Positions 46,222 through 55,728 of a DNA stretch of 64,000 bases are shown here, piece after piece. The position numbers and the translations under genes are program-made. Within the stretch, counting starts at the first letter, position 1. The number at the start of each line of letters is the position of its first letter. A model generated the notes under the pieces. That model did not search any database. It was not told the origin of the DNA and saw only the letters and a program-made list of their open reading frames with translations. This DNA comes from Candidatus Latescibacterota bacterium (lineage in GTDB: Bacteria; Latescibacterota; UBA2968; UBA8231): NCBI GenBank assembly GCA_965203175.1, contig OZ241867.1, positions 2,784,001 to 2,848,000 of the forward strand, in the 5' to 3' direction.

Positions 46222-48519
46222 ATGACACCCTTCGGTAGAAAGGTTGGTCCACCGGTGCCTAATACAAGCACCCAGACCCGCACTCATTCGAGGGCGGGCT
46301 TTTTTATTGTTTTCTTTTTGATGGCCCTGCCCCCTGAGGCTCTCTTGGCCGGGTCGCTACAGGGCCGGTTGCTCGATCAGGACGCGGGACGTCCCGTGTC
46401 CGGTGCCGTATTGACGCTGAGCGTCTCATCCGGCGCTGTCCATTCCATCCGCAGCGATACGACCGGCACCTTCTGCCTCGAAAATCTGGCAGCAGGCACT
46501 TGGGATTTGCGCGTGGAACGGCTGGGCTATCGGCCCTTGCAAGGCCACATTCAGATCGGCGCAGTCCCCACCTCAGTCGAGTTGCACCTGCAATCTCTGC
46601 CCATGATCATGGACGAGTTGGTGGTCCGCCCCCGCCGCAGCCCCGAGGGCAAGCACATTGCCTCTTTCGTCGAAACTATTGTCTTGGGCAACCAGCGCGC
46701 TCCCGGCGCAGATCTAGCTCAGACCCTCGACCGCGCTACCGGCGTCAACATCCGCCGCTACGGCGGGTTGGGCAGTTTTAGTACCCTTTCCATTCGCGGA
46801 TCCACGGCTGAACAGGTACAAGTTTTCCTCGATGGGGTGCCGCTCAACTCGGCTGTTGGTGGTGGCGTGGATTTAGGTGGCTTGCCCATCGGCGGCGTCG
46901 AAAGCGTCGATGTATATCGGGGCGCGGTGCCAGCGCGCTTTGGTGGCAACAGCCTTGGGGGCGTGGTCCACATCCGCACGCAGCCGCTCGGTGACAAAGT
47001 CCGCACGCGCTTGCACACGGCCTCCGGTTCGCACGGCACCCGTCGACTAGGTGCTTCGCTCAGCGGTCCCTATAAGGGCTGGGAGTACTTGGGGTTGGTC
47101 AACTACCAAGCCAGCCGCAATGACTTTCGCTTTTGGGACGACAACGGCACTGAGTACAACGCCCAAGACGACGGCTGGGCGCGACGGCTCAACAGCGATT
47201 TTCGCGGCGTGCGCGGTTTGGCCAAAATCGGGCGCAGCTTGGGCGCTAGCCGCTTGCAGATTCACAACACCTTTGACCTGAGCTACAAAGGCATTCCCGG
47301 CATTGGCAACAACCAATCTCTGCATACTCGCTACGACACGTGGCGTCATATCGCCGAAGCTGCGCTTTTCGGTCCGCTAGGGCACGGCCGCACTGGGTAC
47401 CGACTCAAAGCTCACCACTCGCGCGAAAAAGACGAGTACCGGGATCGGCACGGCGAAGTGGGCTTAGGCCGCCAGCACGACCGCAATATCACCCAGAGCT
47501 TGGGCTTGCGCGGCGAAGTGAATGCTCTGTTGCCTGGCCAGTCTCTGCTGACCGCTTTTGTCGCGGCTCGGCGCGAGACCTTTGTTCCCGACGATTTGCT
47601 TCGGTCCGACAGTCGGCTCTTGCGCAGTCGCCGCCGGGCGTTGGCCGTTGGGACCGAGGTGGAGGTGCCGGTGGGGCAGCGCTTGACTATCAACGTCGGC
47701 ACGCAGGCAGAGGGGTTTGATGACCGCTTTTTCGATCGGAAGAACTTCGCGCCCAGTGCGGTGTTGCCGAGTCGGGAAAACCGCGAAATCCTGTGGGGCT
47801 ATCGCGTGGGTGCGGCCTTGGACTTAGGCGCTGGCTTGGCGCTCAAGGCCCATAACGGCCGCTATCAGCGCGCGCCCAATTTCTTTGAACTCTTCGGCGA
47901 TCGGGGCGCGGTGATCGGCAATACCAACCTCGTCCGAGAAGAAGGGCACAACTGGGATTTGGGTTTCGTTTTCCGTGGTCCCGCCGAGGGGATGGGGTTG
48001 GCCTTGGCGGAGGTCGTGTACTACCACAATGGCGTCGAAGACCTCATTCGCTTCATACAGAACTCACAGCGGGTGTCGCGGCCTCATAATATGGGCCGGG
48101 CTTTGCTGCGCGGTGTAGAGACGCGGGTTGAGGCGCGGTTGTTGCCAAGGCTGGCACTGCGCGGCAATTACGCGTATCAGCGCGCTGAAAACCGCACTCC
48201 GTTCTCTTTTGAACGGGAAAATGATCTGCCCAATGCGCCGCGCCATCGGCTCAATGCGCGCGTATCCCTCGACTTGGGTCGCGCGGAACTATACGGCGAA
48301 TTCAGCCGCGAAAGTCGGCATTTTCTCGACCGGGCTAATCTGCGCACCGTGCCCGTCCGCGCCCTGTACAATCTCGGTGGCAGTGTGCCGCTAGTCGAGG
48401 GCATCGCCTTGTCTTGGGAGCTGCGCAACCTGACCAACAATCAAGTAGCCGATCTATGGGGCTACCCGCTGCCGGGCCGCTCGTATGGGCTTTCCGTTCG
48501 CTATGCTGCGCATCAGTAG
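46222..48519 (+). CDS. btuB: TonB-dependent receptor, BtuB-like, with N-terminal carboxypeptidase-regulatory-like domain
   Basis: Plug motifs GGLGSFSTLSIRGS...VFLDGVPLN and VDVYRG..PARFG; RAPNFFELFG; NLTN...GYPLPGRSY; directly downstream of the B12 riboswitch. Start codon uncertain. Confidence 0.88.
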   Translation: MTPFGRKVGPPVPNTSTQTRTHSRAGFFIVFFLMALPPEALLAGSLQGRLLDQDAGRPVSGAVLTLSVSSGAVHSIRSDTTGTFCLENLAAGTWDLRVERLGYRPLQGHIQIGAVPTSVELHLQSLPMIMDELVVRPRRSPEGKHIASFVETIVLGNQRAPGADLAQTLDRATGVNIRRYGGLGSFSTLSIRGSTAEQVQVFLDGVPLNSAVGGGVDLGGLPIGGVESVDVYRGAVPARFGGNSLGGVVHIRTQPLGDKVRTRLHTASGSHGTRRLGASLSGPYKGWEYLGLVNYQASRNDFRFWDDNGTEYNAQDDGWARRLNSDFRGVRGLAKIGRSLGASRLQIHNTFDLSYKGIPGIGNNQSLHTRYDTWRHIAEAALFGPLGHGRTGYRLKAHHSREKDEYRDRHGEVGLGRQHDRNITQSLGLRGEVNALLPGQSLLTAFVAARRETFVPDDLLRSDSRLLRSRRRALAVGTEVEVPVGQRLTINVGTQAEGFDDRFFDRKNFAPSAVLPSRENREILWGYRVGAALDLGAGLALKAHNGRYQRAPNFFELFGDRGAVIGNTNLVREEGHNWDLGFVFRGPAEGMGLALAEVVYYHNGVEDLIRFIQNSQRVSRPHNMGRALLRGVETRVEARLLPRLALRGNYAYQRAENRTPFSFERENDLPNAPRHRLNARVSLDLGRAELYGEFSRESRHFLDRANLRTVPVRALYNLGGSVPLVEGIALSWELRNLTNNQVADLWGYPLPGRSYGLSVRYAAHQ
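46277..46305 (+). terminator. Putative riboswitch expression-platform terminator
   Basis: CCCGCACTC-ATTC-GAGGGCGGG stem followed by CTTTTTT, about 65 nt after the B12 box. Confidence 0.55.
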
Positions 48520-48576
48520 GGCAGTTGTCGACAAAGACAAGACGATTCTACTAACCACTAACTAAGGAGGATTTAC

Positions 48577-49986
48577 GTGTATCGCATTTCTATTTTGGCC
48601 GTCTCTCTCTTGTTGCTGGCGAACTCGGCGTCGGCACAGAGCGATCTCTTCGTTATCACCACGGATTTTTCTACCGGCAGCACGGCCTTTTTGGCCGCGG
48701 ATGCGGCCGAGGCCGAGGTGAATCTATTGGGCATCCATTCGGATGCAGTGGGGCACTACCACGATGGCCGCGTCTATATCGTCAACCGCTTGGGCCAGGA
48801 CAATATCTTGGTGCTGGACGCGATGGATTTGCGCACTCCGCTGACTCAGTTTTCGGTGGGCAATGGTGCCAACCCGCACGATATCGAAATTGTCGCACCC
48901 GACAAGGCGTATGTGACGCGCTACGACGCGGCATCTCTGTTGATCGTCAATCCCCAAGATGGCGCGGAATTGGGCCAAATCGATCTGAGCGCGTTCGCCG
49001 ACGCGGATGGTCTGCCCGAAGTATCGCAAATCGTCCGCGTCGGCAATCGGCTCTACTTGAGCTGTCAGCGCCTCGACCGCAACGGTGGCTGGGGGCCGGC
49101 TGACGTTAGCTACCTAATCGTCGTCGATCTGGCGACTGACACCTTGGTCGATGTGGACCCGGACGCCGAGGGCGTGCAGGGCATCGCGCTGAGCGCTGCC
49201 AATCCCAACAGCATGGCTGTCGTAGGCGAGCGGATCGCCGTGGGGGTAGTGGTCGGTTTTGGCGACCGGGCCGGTGGAGTGGAAATCGTCGATACGGCTA
49301 CCAACCGCAGCCTTGGATTGGCCGTCAGCGAGGAAGACTTGGGCGGCGACATTACGTCCATGGTGCTCGTCGATCAAAATCGGGGCTATGCCGTAGTCGC
49401 GGACGAAAACTTCGCCAATGGCGTCCGGCCCTTTGAGTTGTCCAGCGGTACTGTGGGTGCGCCCATAGAAAATATCAGCGGTGGTTTTATCCCCAGCTTA
49501 GCTGTAGATGGCGATCGCGTGATCGTCGCTGATCGAGGCTCTTTCTCCGATCCGGCTAGCGCGGGACTCAAATTCTACGATGCGGCTACAGGAGCGTTCC
49601 TGCACGGTCCCATCGACACCGGCTTGCCGCCGCAAGACATCGTGGTTCTGAGTGATGTGACTATTCCCACGGCTGTGGAGGAGACCGCTGACACCGGCTT
49701 GCCGCAGGAATTCGCCTTGGAGGCGGCCTATCCCAATCCCTTCAACTCCTCAGTGCAGATTCCCTTTGCGGTCTGGCGAGCCAACACTCCGGTCGAATTG
49801 ACCGTCCACGACGTGTTGGGCCGCACCGTCCGCACGCTGACTTCCGGTCCGGTAGCCGCCGGGCGACACGTTCTCCAATGGGACGGTCGCAATGCCGCAG
49901 GTGAGCCGGTGGGCAACGGCGCGTATCTAGTGCAGTTGCGCGCGGGCAGTCAACAGGCTGTGGGCAAGGTGATGTTGATAAAATGA
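48577..49986 (+). CDS. YncE/BtuG-like beta-propeller protein with C-terminal T9SS/FlgD-Ig sorting domain
   Basis: AAGGAGG RBS; signal peptide; VYIVNR, NPHDI, KAYVTRY propeller blades; TAVEE linker then AYPNPFNSSVQIPF...WDGRN..G..VGNGAY...KVMLIK. Confidence 0.85.
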   Translation: MYRISILAVSLLLLANSASAQSDLFVITTDFSTGSTAFLAADAAEAEVNLLGIHSDAVGHYHDGRVYIVNRLGQDNILVLDAMDLRTPLTQFSVGNGANPHDIEIVAPDKAYVTRYDAASLLIVNPQDGAELGQIDLSAFADADGLPEVSQIVRVGNRLYLSCQRLDRNGGWGPADVSYLIVVDLATDTLVDVDPDAEGVQGIALSAANPNSMAVVGERIAVGVVVGFGDRAGGVEIVDTATNRSLGLAVSEEDLGGDITSMVLVDQNRGYAVVADENFANGVRPFELSSGTVGAPIENISGGFIPSLAVDGDRVIVADRGSFSDPASAGLKFYDAATGAFLHGPIDTGLPPQDIVVLSDVTIPTAVEETADTGLPQEFALEAAYPNPFNSSVQIPFAVWRANTPVELTVHDVLGRTVRTLTSGPVAAGRHVLQWDGRNAAGEPVGNGAYLVQLRAGSQQAVGKVMLIK

Positions 49987-49988
49987 AA

Positions 49989-50067
49989 GGCAACCACAGG
50001 GGTTTTAGGGCAACCACAAGGGTTGCCCCTACATAATTGTGGTAGGGGCGTCCCTTGTGGGCACCCT
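49989..50067 (+). repeat. GTAG-type REP pair (inverted) plus a partial third copy
   Basis: AGGGCAACCACAAGGGTTGCCCCTAC (50007-50032) and inverted GTAGGGGCGTCCCTTGTGGGCACCCT (50042-50067), 21/26 identical by eye; partial GGCAACCACAGGGGTT at 49989. Confidence 0.75.
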
Positions 50068-50107
50068 TCATTTGGATAGGCCGATAAGCAAGGGAAAGGC
50101 AACAGAT

Positions 50108-50674
50108 ATGGTTACGCTATCTAAGCTCTACACCAAGACGGGCGACGGCGGCATGACGCGGCTGGGCGATATGTCGCAAGTGCCCAAGACGAGCGCCCGC
50201 ATCGCCGCTTATGGGTGCGTGGATGAGCTGAACTCGGTGATTGGGTTGGCTAGGGCTAGCGGTGCAGAGCACGACGATGTGCTCGCTCGGGTGCAAAACG
50301 ATCTCTTTGACTTGGGGGCCGATTTGTGCGTCCCGCAGGCGGATGGTGAAGAAGAGCGCCTGCGCGTGCAGCCGCAGCAGGTTCTTTTCCTAGAGCAGCA
50401 AATTGACGATCTCACGCGAGATTTGGCTCCTTTGTGGAGCTTTATCTTGCCTGGAGGACGGCTTCCCGCTGCTTGGCTTCACCTTGCGCGTACGGTGTGT
50501 CGGCGTGCCGAGCGGGCAGCTTGGCAACTCGCGGAGCAAGAGCAAGTCGGAGAGCCGGTTTTGCTGTATCTCAACCGGCTCTCCGATTTGCTGTTCGCGA
50601 TGGCGCGGGCCGCCAACGACGGTGGAGAGGCGGATGTGTTGTGGAAGCCGGGGGAGGGCGCGGATGATGCGTAA
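50108..50674 (+). CDS. pduO: ATP:cob(I)alamin adenosyltransferase, PduO type
   Basis: KLYTKTGDGGMT, RIAAYGCVDELNSVIG, QNDLFDLGADL, FILPGG, RTVCRRAER, YLNRLSDLLF. Confidence 0.95.
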   Translation: MVTLSKLYTKTGDGGMTRLGDMSQVPKTSARIAAYGCVDELNSVIGLARASGAEHDDVLARVQNDLFDLGADLCVPQADGEEERLRVQPQQVLFLEQQIDDLTRDLAPLWSFILPGGRLPAAWLHLARTVCRRAERAAWQLAEQEQVGEPVLLYLNRLSDLLFAMARAANDGGEADVLWKPGEGADDA

Positions 50675-50698
50675 GTGGATTCTTGGTGGAGGCGTTTG

Positions 50699-51856
50699 AT
50701 GCGCAAAATGTGTTTTTGGGCGTGGCTGGCCCTCGGTGTGTCGGCAGCGAATGGGGATGACTGCGTCGATAGCTACGATTCGGCGAAGGACTATTTCCCC
50801 GACAAGGCTGAACTGCAATACGCCGAGAGTTTTGCGATTGAATACTTCGGCAACTACAAATTGGTCACTGTGCATACTCCGTGGCCCGGTGCCGAAGAAG
50901 CTGTTCAGTACTTATTGGTCCAACGCGGCACTCCCGCCCCCGAAGGGTATGAGGGCGTTCAGCGCATCACCGTGCCCATCCGTCGTCTCGCGGCTTTATC
51001 GACCACGCAATTGCCGCACCTCGAATTGTTGGACGCTCTCGAAAATCTAGTCGCGGTCAGTGACATTAAAATGGTGAATTCGCCGGGCATCAATCAGCGC
51101 TTTGCGGCTGGCAAAATTGCCGAAATCGGCCACGGTGCCGGGGTCAATCTCGAATTAGTGCTGGAACTGGAGACCGACGTAGTAATGACCGTAGCTTCAG
51201 CCCAATCCCAGTACAACGCCCACCCAGTTTTGCTGCAAGCCGGCGTGGCCGTGGCCATCAACGCCGAGTACACTGAGCCATCGCTGCTGGGCCGCACGGA
51301 ATGGCTCAAGTTCACCGCGGCCTTTTTCAACGCGGAGGCTCTGGCGGAAAAACGCTTTGCGGACATTGTGGCCCAGTACCAGCAATACGCGGCTTTGGTG
51401 CAGGAGGTGCCGACGGCCCAACGGCCCACGGTGTTCGGCGGTTCTCTCTGGCGCGACACTTGGCACGTCGCCGGTGGCAAGAGCTACGCAGCGCAATTGG
51501 TCGCCGCGGCTGGGGGTGCGTACCTGTGGGCCGACGACGATTCCGGGGGAAGTTTGCCTTTGGATTTTGAGGCCGTGTACGAAAAGGCCCACGCGGCCGA
51601 CGTTTGGCTGACCATGCGCAATGAATGGCATTCGCTGGCCGAGGTGGAGGCTGCGGACGAGCGCTACGCGGCGTTTGCAGCGTTGCAAAGCGGTCGAGTG
51701 TACAATGCCAACGCCCGACTCAACGCGCACGGCGGCAACGACTACTGGGAAGCTGGCCTTGTCGAACCCCATATCGTGCTGGCCGATCTTATAAAAATCC
51801 TGCATCCCGACCGCCTGCCGGACCACGCGCTCAAGTTCTATAAAAAACTGGACTGA
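50699..51856 (+). CDS. btuF: ABC transporter substrate-binding protein (cobalamin/iron-siderophore family)
   Basis: GGAGG RBS; YAESFAIEY, VPIRRLAALSTT, EPSLLGRTEWLKF, DYWEAG..EPHIVLADLIKILHP; located in the B12 operon. Confidence 0.85.
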   Translation: MRKMCFWAWLALGVSAANGDDCVDSYDSAKDYFPDKAELQYAESFAIEYFGNYKLVTVHTPWPGAEEAVQYLLVQRGTPAPEGYEGVQRITVPIRRLAALSTTQLPHLELLDALENLVAVSDIKMVNSPGINQRFAAGKIAEIGHGAGVNLELVLELETDVVMTVASAQSQYNAHPVLLQAGVAVAINAEYTEPSLLGRTEWLKFTAAFFNAEALAEKRFADIVAQYQQYAALVQEVPTAQRPTVFGGSLWRDTWHVAGGKSYAAQLVAAAGGAYLWADDDSGGSLPLDFEAVYEKAHAADVWLTMRNEWHSLAEVEAADERYAAFAALQSGRVYNANARLNAHGGNDYWEAGLVEPHIVLADLIKILHPDRLPDHALKFYKKLD

Positions 51857-51862
51857 GACGCC

Positions 51863-52951
51863 GTGGTGACTGCTTCCACCACAGATGCACAGGGCACTTC
51901 TTGGCCTCGGCTGGGTCCGCGCTGGGGACTCTTTCTTGGGATGGCCGGGGCCTTGCTCGGTTTTTTTGCTATCAGCTTGGGCGTGGGGTCGGTGTCCATT
52001 CCCCTCGATGCGGTGGTCGCCATCCTGTGGGGTGAAACCGACCAGAAGCCGAGTTGGAGTCACATTATTTACGCGATCCGCCTGCCGCGCGCGCTCACTG
52101 CGGTGTTGGCTGGCGCGGCCCTGAGCGCCAGCGGTTTGCAAATGCAGACCCTGTTCCGCAATCCCCTCGCCGACCCCTTCATCCTCGGCATCAGCGCTGG
52201 AGCTAGTCTGGGCGTGGCGTTGGTCGTCTTGGGCACGGGCGTCACTGGGGCTGGGTTGTTGGTCGGTCTGGGGCTTTTGGGTCAAGCCGGCGTGGTCGCC
52301 GCGGCCGTGGTTGGAGCGGCGCTGGTGCTGGGCTTAGTGCTTTTCGTGGGGCGGCGCGTGCAGCACACCATGACCTTGCTCATCCTCGGCCTCATGTTCG
52401 GCTATCTGACGAGTGCCGTGGTCAGCGTATTGCTCTACTTCAGCATCCCTGAACAGGTGCAGACCTACGTCCTGTGGACTTTTGGCAGCTTTGGCGCGGT
52501 CGCTTGGGGGCAACTCACTTTTTTAGTGCCGGTGGTGCTGGTGGGTTTAGGGATTGCCGGACTGCTAGTTAAGCCACTCAATGCCCTGCTGCTCGGGGAA
52601 ACGTATGCGCGCAGTATGGGCTTGGGCGCGCGGCGGGCGCGGCTGTGGATTATTGCTAGCGCCGCGCTGCTGGCTGGAGCGGTCACGGCCTATTGCGGCC
52701 CCATTGGGTTCTTAGGTGTGGCTGTGCCGCATTTGTGCCGCGCTCTTTTCAACACTTCGGACCACCGCGTACTGCTGCCGGCTAGCGTACTTTTGGGCGG
52801 CATCCTAGCCCTAACTGCGGATCTGGTGGCCCGTTTGCCCGGCAGCGAGGCCACCTTGCCGCTCAACGCGGTCACAGCCTTGATTGGCGCGCCCGTGGTC
52901 ACTTGGATCATCTTGCGCCGCCGCACGCTGCGGCAGGCCTTTGCCGCCTGA
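51863..52951 (+). CDS. btuC: FecCD/BtuC-family ABC permease
   Basis: IRLPRALTAVLAGAALSASGLQMQTLFRNPLADPFILGISAGA; LLLGETYARSMG; GPIGFLGVAVPH. Confidence 0.9.
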   Translation: MVTASTTDAQGTSWPRLGPRWGLFLGMAGALLGFFAISLGVGSVSIPLDAVVAILWGETDQKPSWSHIIYAIRLPRALTAVLAGAALSASGLQMQTLFRNPLADPFILGISAGASLGVALVVLGTGVTGAGLLVGLGLLGQAGVVAAAVVGAALVLGLVLFVGRRVQHTMTLLILGLMFGYLTSAVVSVLLYFSIPEQVQTYVLWTFGSFGAVAWGQLTFLVPVVLVGLGIAGLLVKPLNALLLGETYARSMGLGARRARLWIIASAALLAGAVTAYCGPIGFLGVAVPHLCRALFNTSDHRVLLPASVLLGGILALTADLVARLPGSEATLPLNAVTALIGAPVVTWIILRRRTLRQAFAA

Positions 52952-52956
52952 ACGCC

Positions 52957-53964
52957 GTGGCTGCGACTATTTTACAAACGCGCGACCTGTGCATTGGCTA
53001 TGCGCCCAAGCGACGCCCGCGCGTTGAAGTGGCCGCGGACATTGGCGTGGAATTGCTCAAGGGGGAACTGGTCTGCTTGTTGGGACCCAATGGTGCGGGC
53101 AAATCCACGCTCATGCGCACGCTGGCTGGTCTGCAAAAGCCGCTGGTTGGTGAGGTGAACCTTGAGGGCTGCGATCTGCACGGGCTGACCGAGAGCGAAC
53201 GGGCGCGGCTTTTGGGCTTAGTCCTGACTGAGCGGGTGGACGTGGGCAATCTGTCGGCCTATGCACTCGTGGCGCTGGGTCGCTACCCGTACACGGGTTG
53301 GGATGGCCGTCTTTCTCATGCGGACGAAAAGGTGGTGCGCTGGGCTATTGACGCGGTGGGGGCTAGGAACTTGGCAGGGCGCAGCGTCGGCGAACTAAGC
53401 GATGGCGAACGGCAGAAGGTGATGATTGCCCGCGCCTTGGCGCAGGAACCAGCGGTGCTGCTCCTCGACGAACCTACGGCCTTTTTGGACTTGCCGCGCC
53501 GCGTCGAAGTCGTGCAGTTGTTGCGGCGCTTGGCCGGTGATAGCGATCGCGCTGTCTTGCTCTCCACGCACGATTTAGACTTGGCCCTGCGCTGCGCCGA
53601 CCGCCTTTGGCTGCTGCCGCTGGACGGGCCCTTGCAAACCGGGGCACCGGAAGACTTGGTGTTGAGCGGGGCTTTTCAGCGGGCGTTTGCGGACGTGGAA
53701 TTCGACCCGGCCATTGGTTCTTTTCAGCTAACGCAAGAGCCGGAAGGCGCAGTTGGCTTGGTGGGCGAGGGGCTCCATGCCCTGTGGACGGCGCGCGCGT
53801 TGGAACGGGCTGGTTTCTGCGTGGCGGAAGACTCGCCGACGTGCGTTGAAATTATCCGCGGCAATGGCGACGCGACTTGGCGACTTTACACGGCGACCGG
53901 CGACCGCGTCTGTGCCAACCTGTACGAATTGGTCAAATGCTTGAAACTAGACGCGATTGATTAA
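52957..53964 (+). CDS. btuD: FepC/BtuD-family ABC ATPase
   Basis: [38 protein letters not shown]; likely start GTG 52957. Confidence 0.9.
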   Translation: MAATILQTRDLCIGYAPKRRPRVEVAADIGVELLKGELVCLLGPNGAGKSTLMRTLAGLQKPLVGEVNLEGCDLHGLTESERARLLGLVLTERVDVGNLSAYALVALGRYPYTGWDGRLSHADEKVVRWAIDAVGARNLAGRSVGELSDGERQKVMIARALAQEPAVLLLDEPTAFLDLPRRVEVVQLLRRLAGDSDRAVLLSTHDLDLALRCADRLWLLPLDGPLQTGAPEDLVLSGAFQRAFADVEFDPAIGSFQLTQEPEGAVGLVGEGLHALWTARALERAGFCVAEDSPTCVEIIRGNGDATWRLYTATGDRVCANLYELVKCLKLDAID

Positions 53965-54061
53965 CGCTTCTGGGGGACCCGTGTCTTTTCAGACGACTCT
54001 GTTTGTTCCGCAGGATCAGCGCCACCGGAGAGCCGGGGCGTTCCGATTCGACTGGACAGTG

Positions 54062-55588
54062 TCACATCCTCGTCGGGGCCAGCGTCCAGGCTTGCAGCGA
54101 TTGCACCTTGGCCGCACCTCCGCGCGCAAACAGGCTGACGCCGAGGCTGTCGGTCCGCGTCGGATAGATGCGCTGGGTCACGCATTGGCGGCGATTGGCA
54201 AATACTTCGAGGATCGAACGGTCCAGGAAGATGCGCAGGGTCAGCAATTCGCCCGGAGCCAGTTCGAACGGCCCTTCCTGGGCGGTGACGTACTGTTCAC
54301 TCTCGGCCAGATGCGGCAGGGGCCTGCGGTAGCGGGTGTAGCGTATTTCCCGGTCGAGCGAAGACCGGCTGACATCGACTCGCAGCACGGCGGCAGTAGC
54401 GTCGTAGGAGACCGCGGTTTCTTCTTCGCCTCCTGGGGATCGCCGCACTTTCAGCCCCACCTCTCGCGCCTCACGGGGATCGATCTCAACGGCCAACTCC
54501 AGACAGTCGCCGCCGACTCCTGCAACCTCTATCTCGGAATCGGCGGGCACGTCAATGGACTCGTGCCGACGGGGATCCAACCGCAACACTTCGAGTTCTG
54601 GGACAGGATCGATCTGCAGGTGGCCGCCGGGATCCAGCGACAACAGGCGCGGAACGGTCATAACGCCCGACCATCCCGAGGCGCGCTCGCGGTCGTTGCC
54701 GCGCAGTTCGCGGACCCAGTCGAAGAAGATGCGTCGGCCGTTTGCATCCAGCAGGGTTCGCGGACCGCCGAGATGCCCTCCTTCCCAGCTCATGCGCCCG
54801 TGAACGTCTGGATAAAACCGTTCGTCTCGGACTTGGCCGATGTAGTACTGGGATCCCTGCAGATGGCTGCAGAAGAGCAGCATGTGCCGGTCGCCGAGCG
54901 GGAAGAAGTCCGGTACGGCGCAATCTTCGCCTCCTTCGGTCCACTCTCGTCGGGACTGGTAGAACAAATCGACGAACTCCCATGTGCGCAGGTCCGGCGA
55001 TTTGAACAGGTATGCCGCGTCCCCTTGGTCTTGCGGGTCGCGTTTGTTGATGGCGGCGTAATAGAGGTCGCCGGCCAACCAGCCGCAGGGATCGTGGATG
55101 GTGTAGCGGCCGAAGTCGGCGCTTCCTTCTTCTGGCTGGGGGATCACCGGATTGCCTGGGTCTTTCGTCCACTCGATCAGCAGATCGTCGCTGCTGCGGG
55201 CGAGGCAGAGGCCGTCGGGGTTGCCGTAGTAGATCAGTGTTGGAATCCCTTCCTTGCTGATCAAGGCTCCGCCGCTAAAGCAGCCGACGCGGTCCGGTCC
55301 ATCCGCGTCCGGCGTCAGCGCCACTGGATGGTGGACCCAGTGCACGAGGTCGGCGCTGGAGGCGTGGCCCCATTGAATGAGATTCCAGTAGGCGCCGTCC
55401 GGGTTGTACTGGTAGAAGATGTGGTAACGGCCCTTCCAGAACAGGGTGCCGTTGATGTCGTTCATCCACGCGGCTGGCGGCGTGAAGTGATAGGCTGGCC
55501 GATGCGGATCGCGGGCAAAGGCATCGGCGAGGTCGCCGGCCTCCCGGATCCGCTCTTCCATCTGTTCTATCTGGTTTTCAGTAGTCAT
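54062..55588 (-). CDS. Glycoside hydrolase family 32 protein with variant catalytic motifs
   Basis: HRPAYHF, WMNDING, YHIFYQYNP, WGHASSADLVHW, GCFSGG, HDP, EDCAVPDFF; C-terminal LRIFLDRSILEVFAN...TQRIYP. Confidence 0.9.
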   Translation of the reverse strand: MTTENQIEQMEERIREAGDLADAFARDPHRPAYHFTPPAAWMNDINGTLFWKGRYHIFYQYNPDGAYWNLIQWGHASSADLVHWVHHPVALTPDADGPDRVGCFSGGALISKEGIPTLIYYGNPDGLCLARSSDDLLIEWTKDPGNPVIPQPEEGSADFGRYTIHDPCGWLAGDLYYAAINKRDPQDQGDAAYLFKSPDLRTWEFVDLFYQSRREWTEGGEDCAVPDFFPLGDRHMLLFCSHLQGSQYYIGQVRDERFYPDVHGRMSWEGGHLGGPRTLLDANGRRIFFDWVRELRGNDRERASGWSGVMTVPRLLSLDPGGHLQIDPVPELEVLRLDPRRHESIDVPADSEIEVAGVGGDCLELAVEIDPREAREVGLKVRRSPGGEEETAVSYDATAAVLRVDVSRSSLDREIRYTRYRRPLPHLAESEQYVTAQEGPFELAPGELLTLRIFLDRSILEVFANRRQCVTQRIYPTRTDSLGVSLFARGGAAKVQSLQAWTLAPTRM

Positions 55589-55701
55589 GGGTTCGCTCGC
55601 AGGTTAGCTGCCCGGAATTTCGAGCAGCGGGCTTTGGGAAGATAGGAAACGGAGATGGGAGCTGTCGAGCTATTAAAACATTACTTTTGAAGTAGATGAG
55701 A

Positions 55702-55721
55702 TATAACTAATTAGTTATAAT
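55702..55721 (+). promoter_or_regulatory. Perfect 18-bp palindromic operator overlapping a TATAAT -10 box
   Basis: TATAACTAA|TTAGTTATA at 55702-55719; TATAAT at 55716-55721; toxin ATG at 55729. Confidence 0.7.
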
Positions 55722-55728
55722 TTAGAAC

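Noticed and set aside
51197-52285. 362-aa minus-strand ORF
   Set aside because: Antisense to btuF/btuC, with no motifs of its own.
53957-55645. 562-aa plus-strand ORF
   Set aside because: Antisense shadow of the GH32 gene, which carries the family motifs; no recognisable domain, and long shadow ORFs are expected at high GC.
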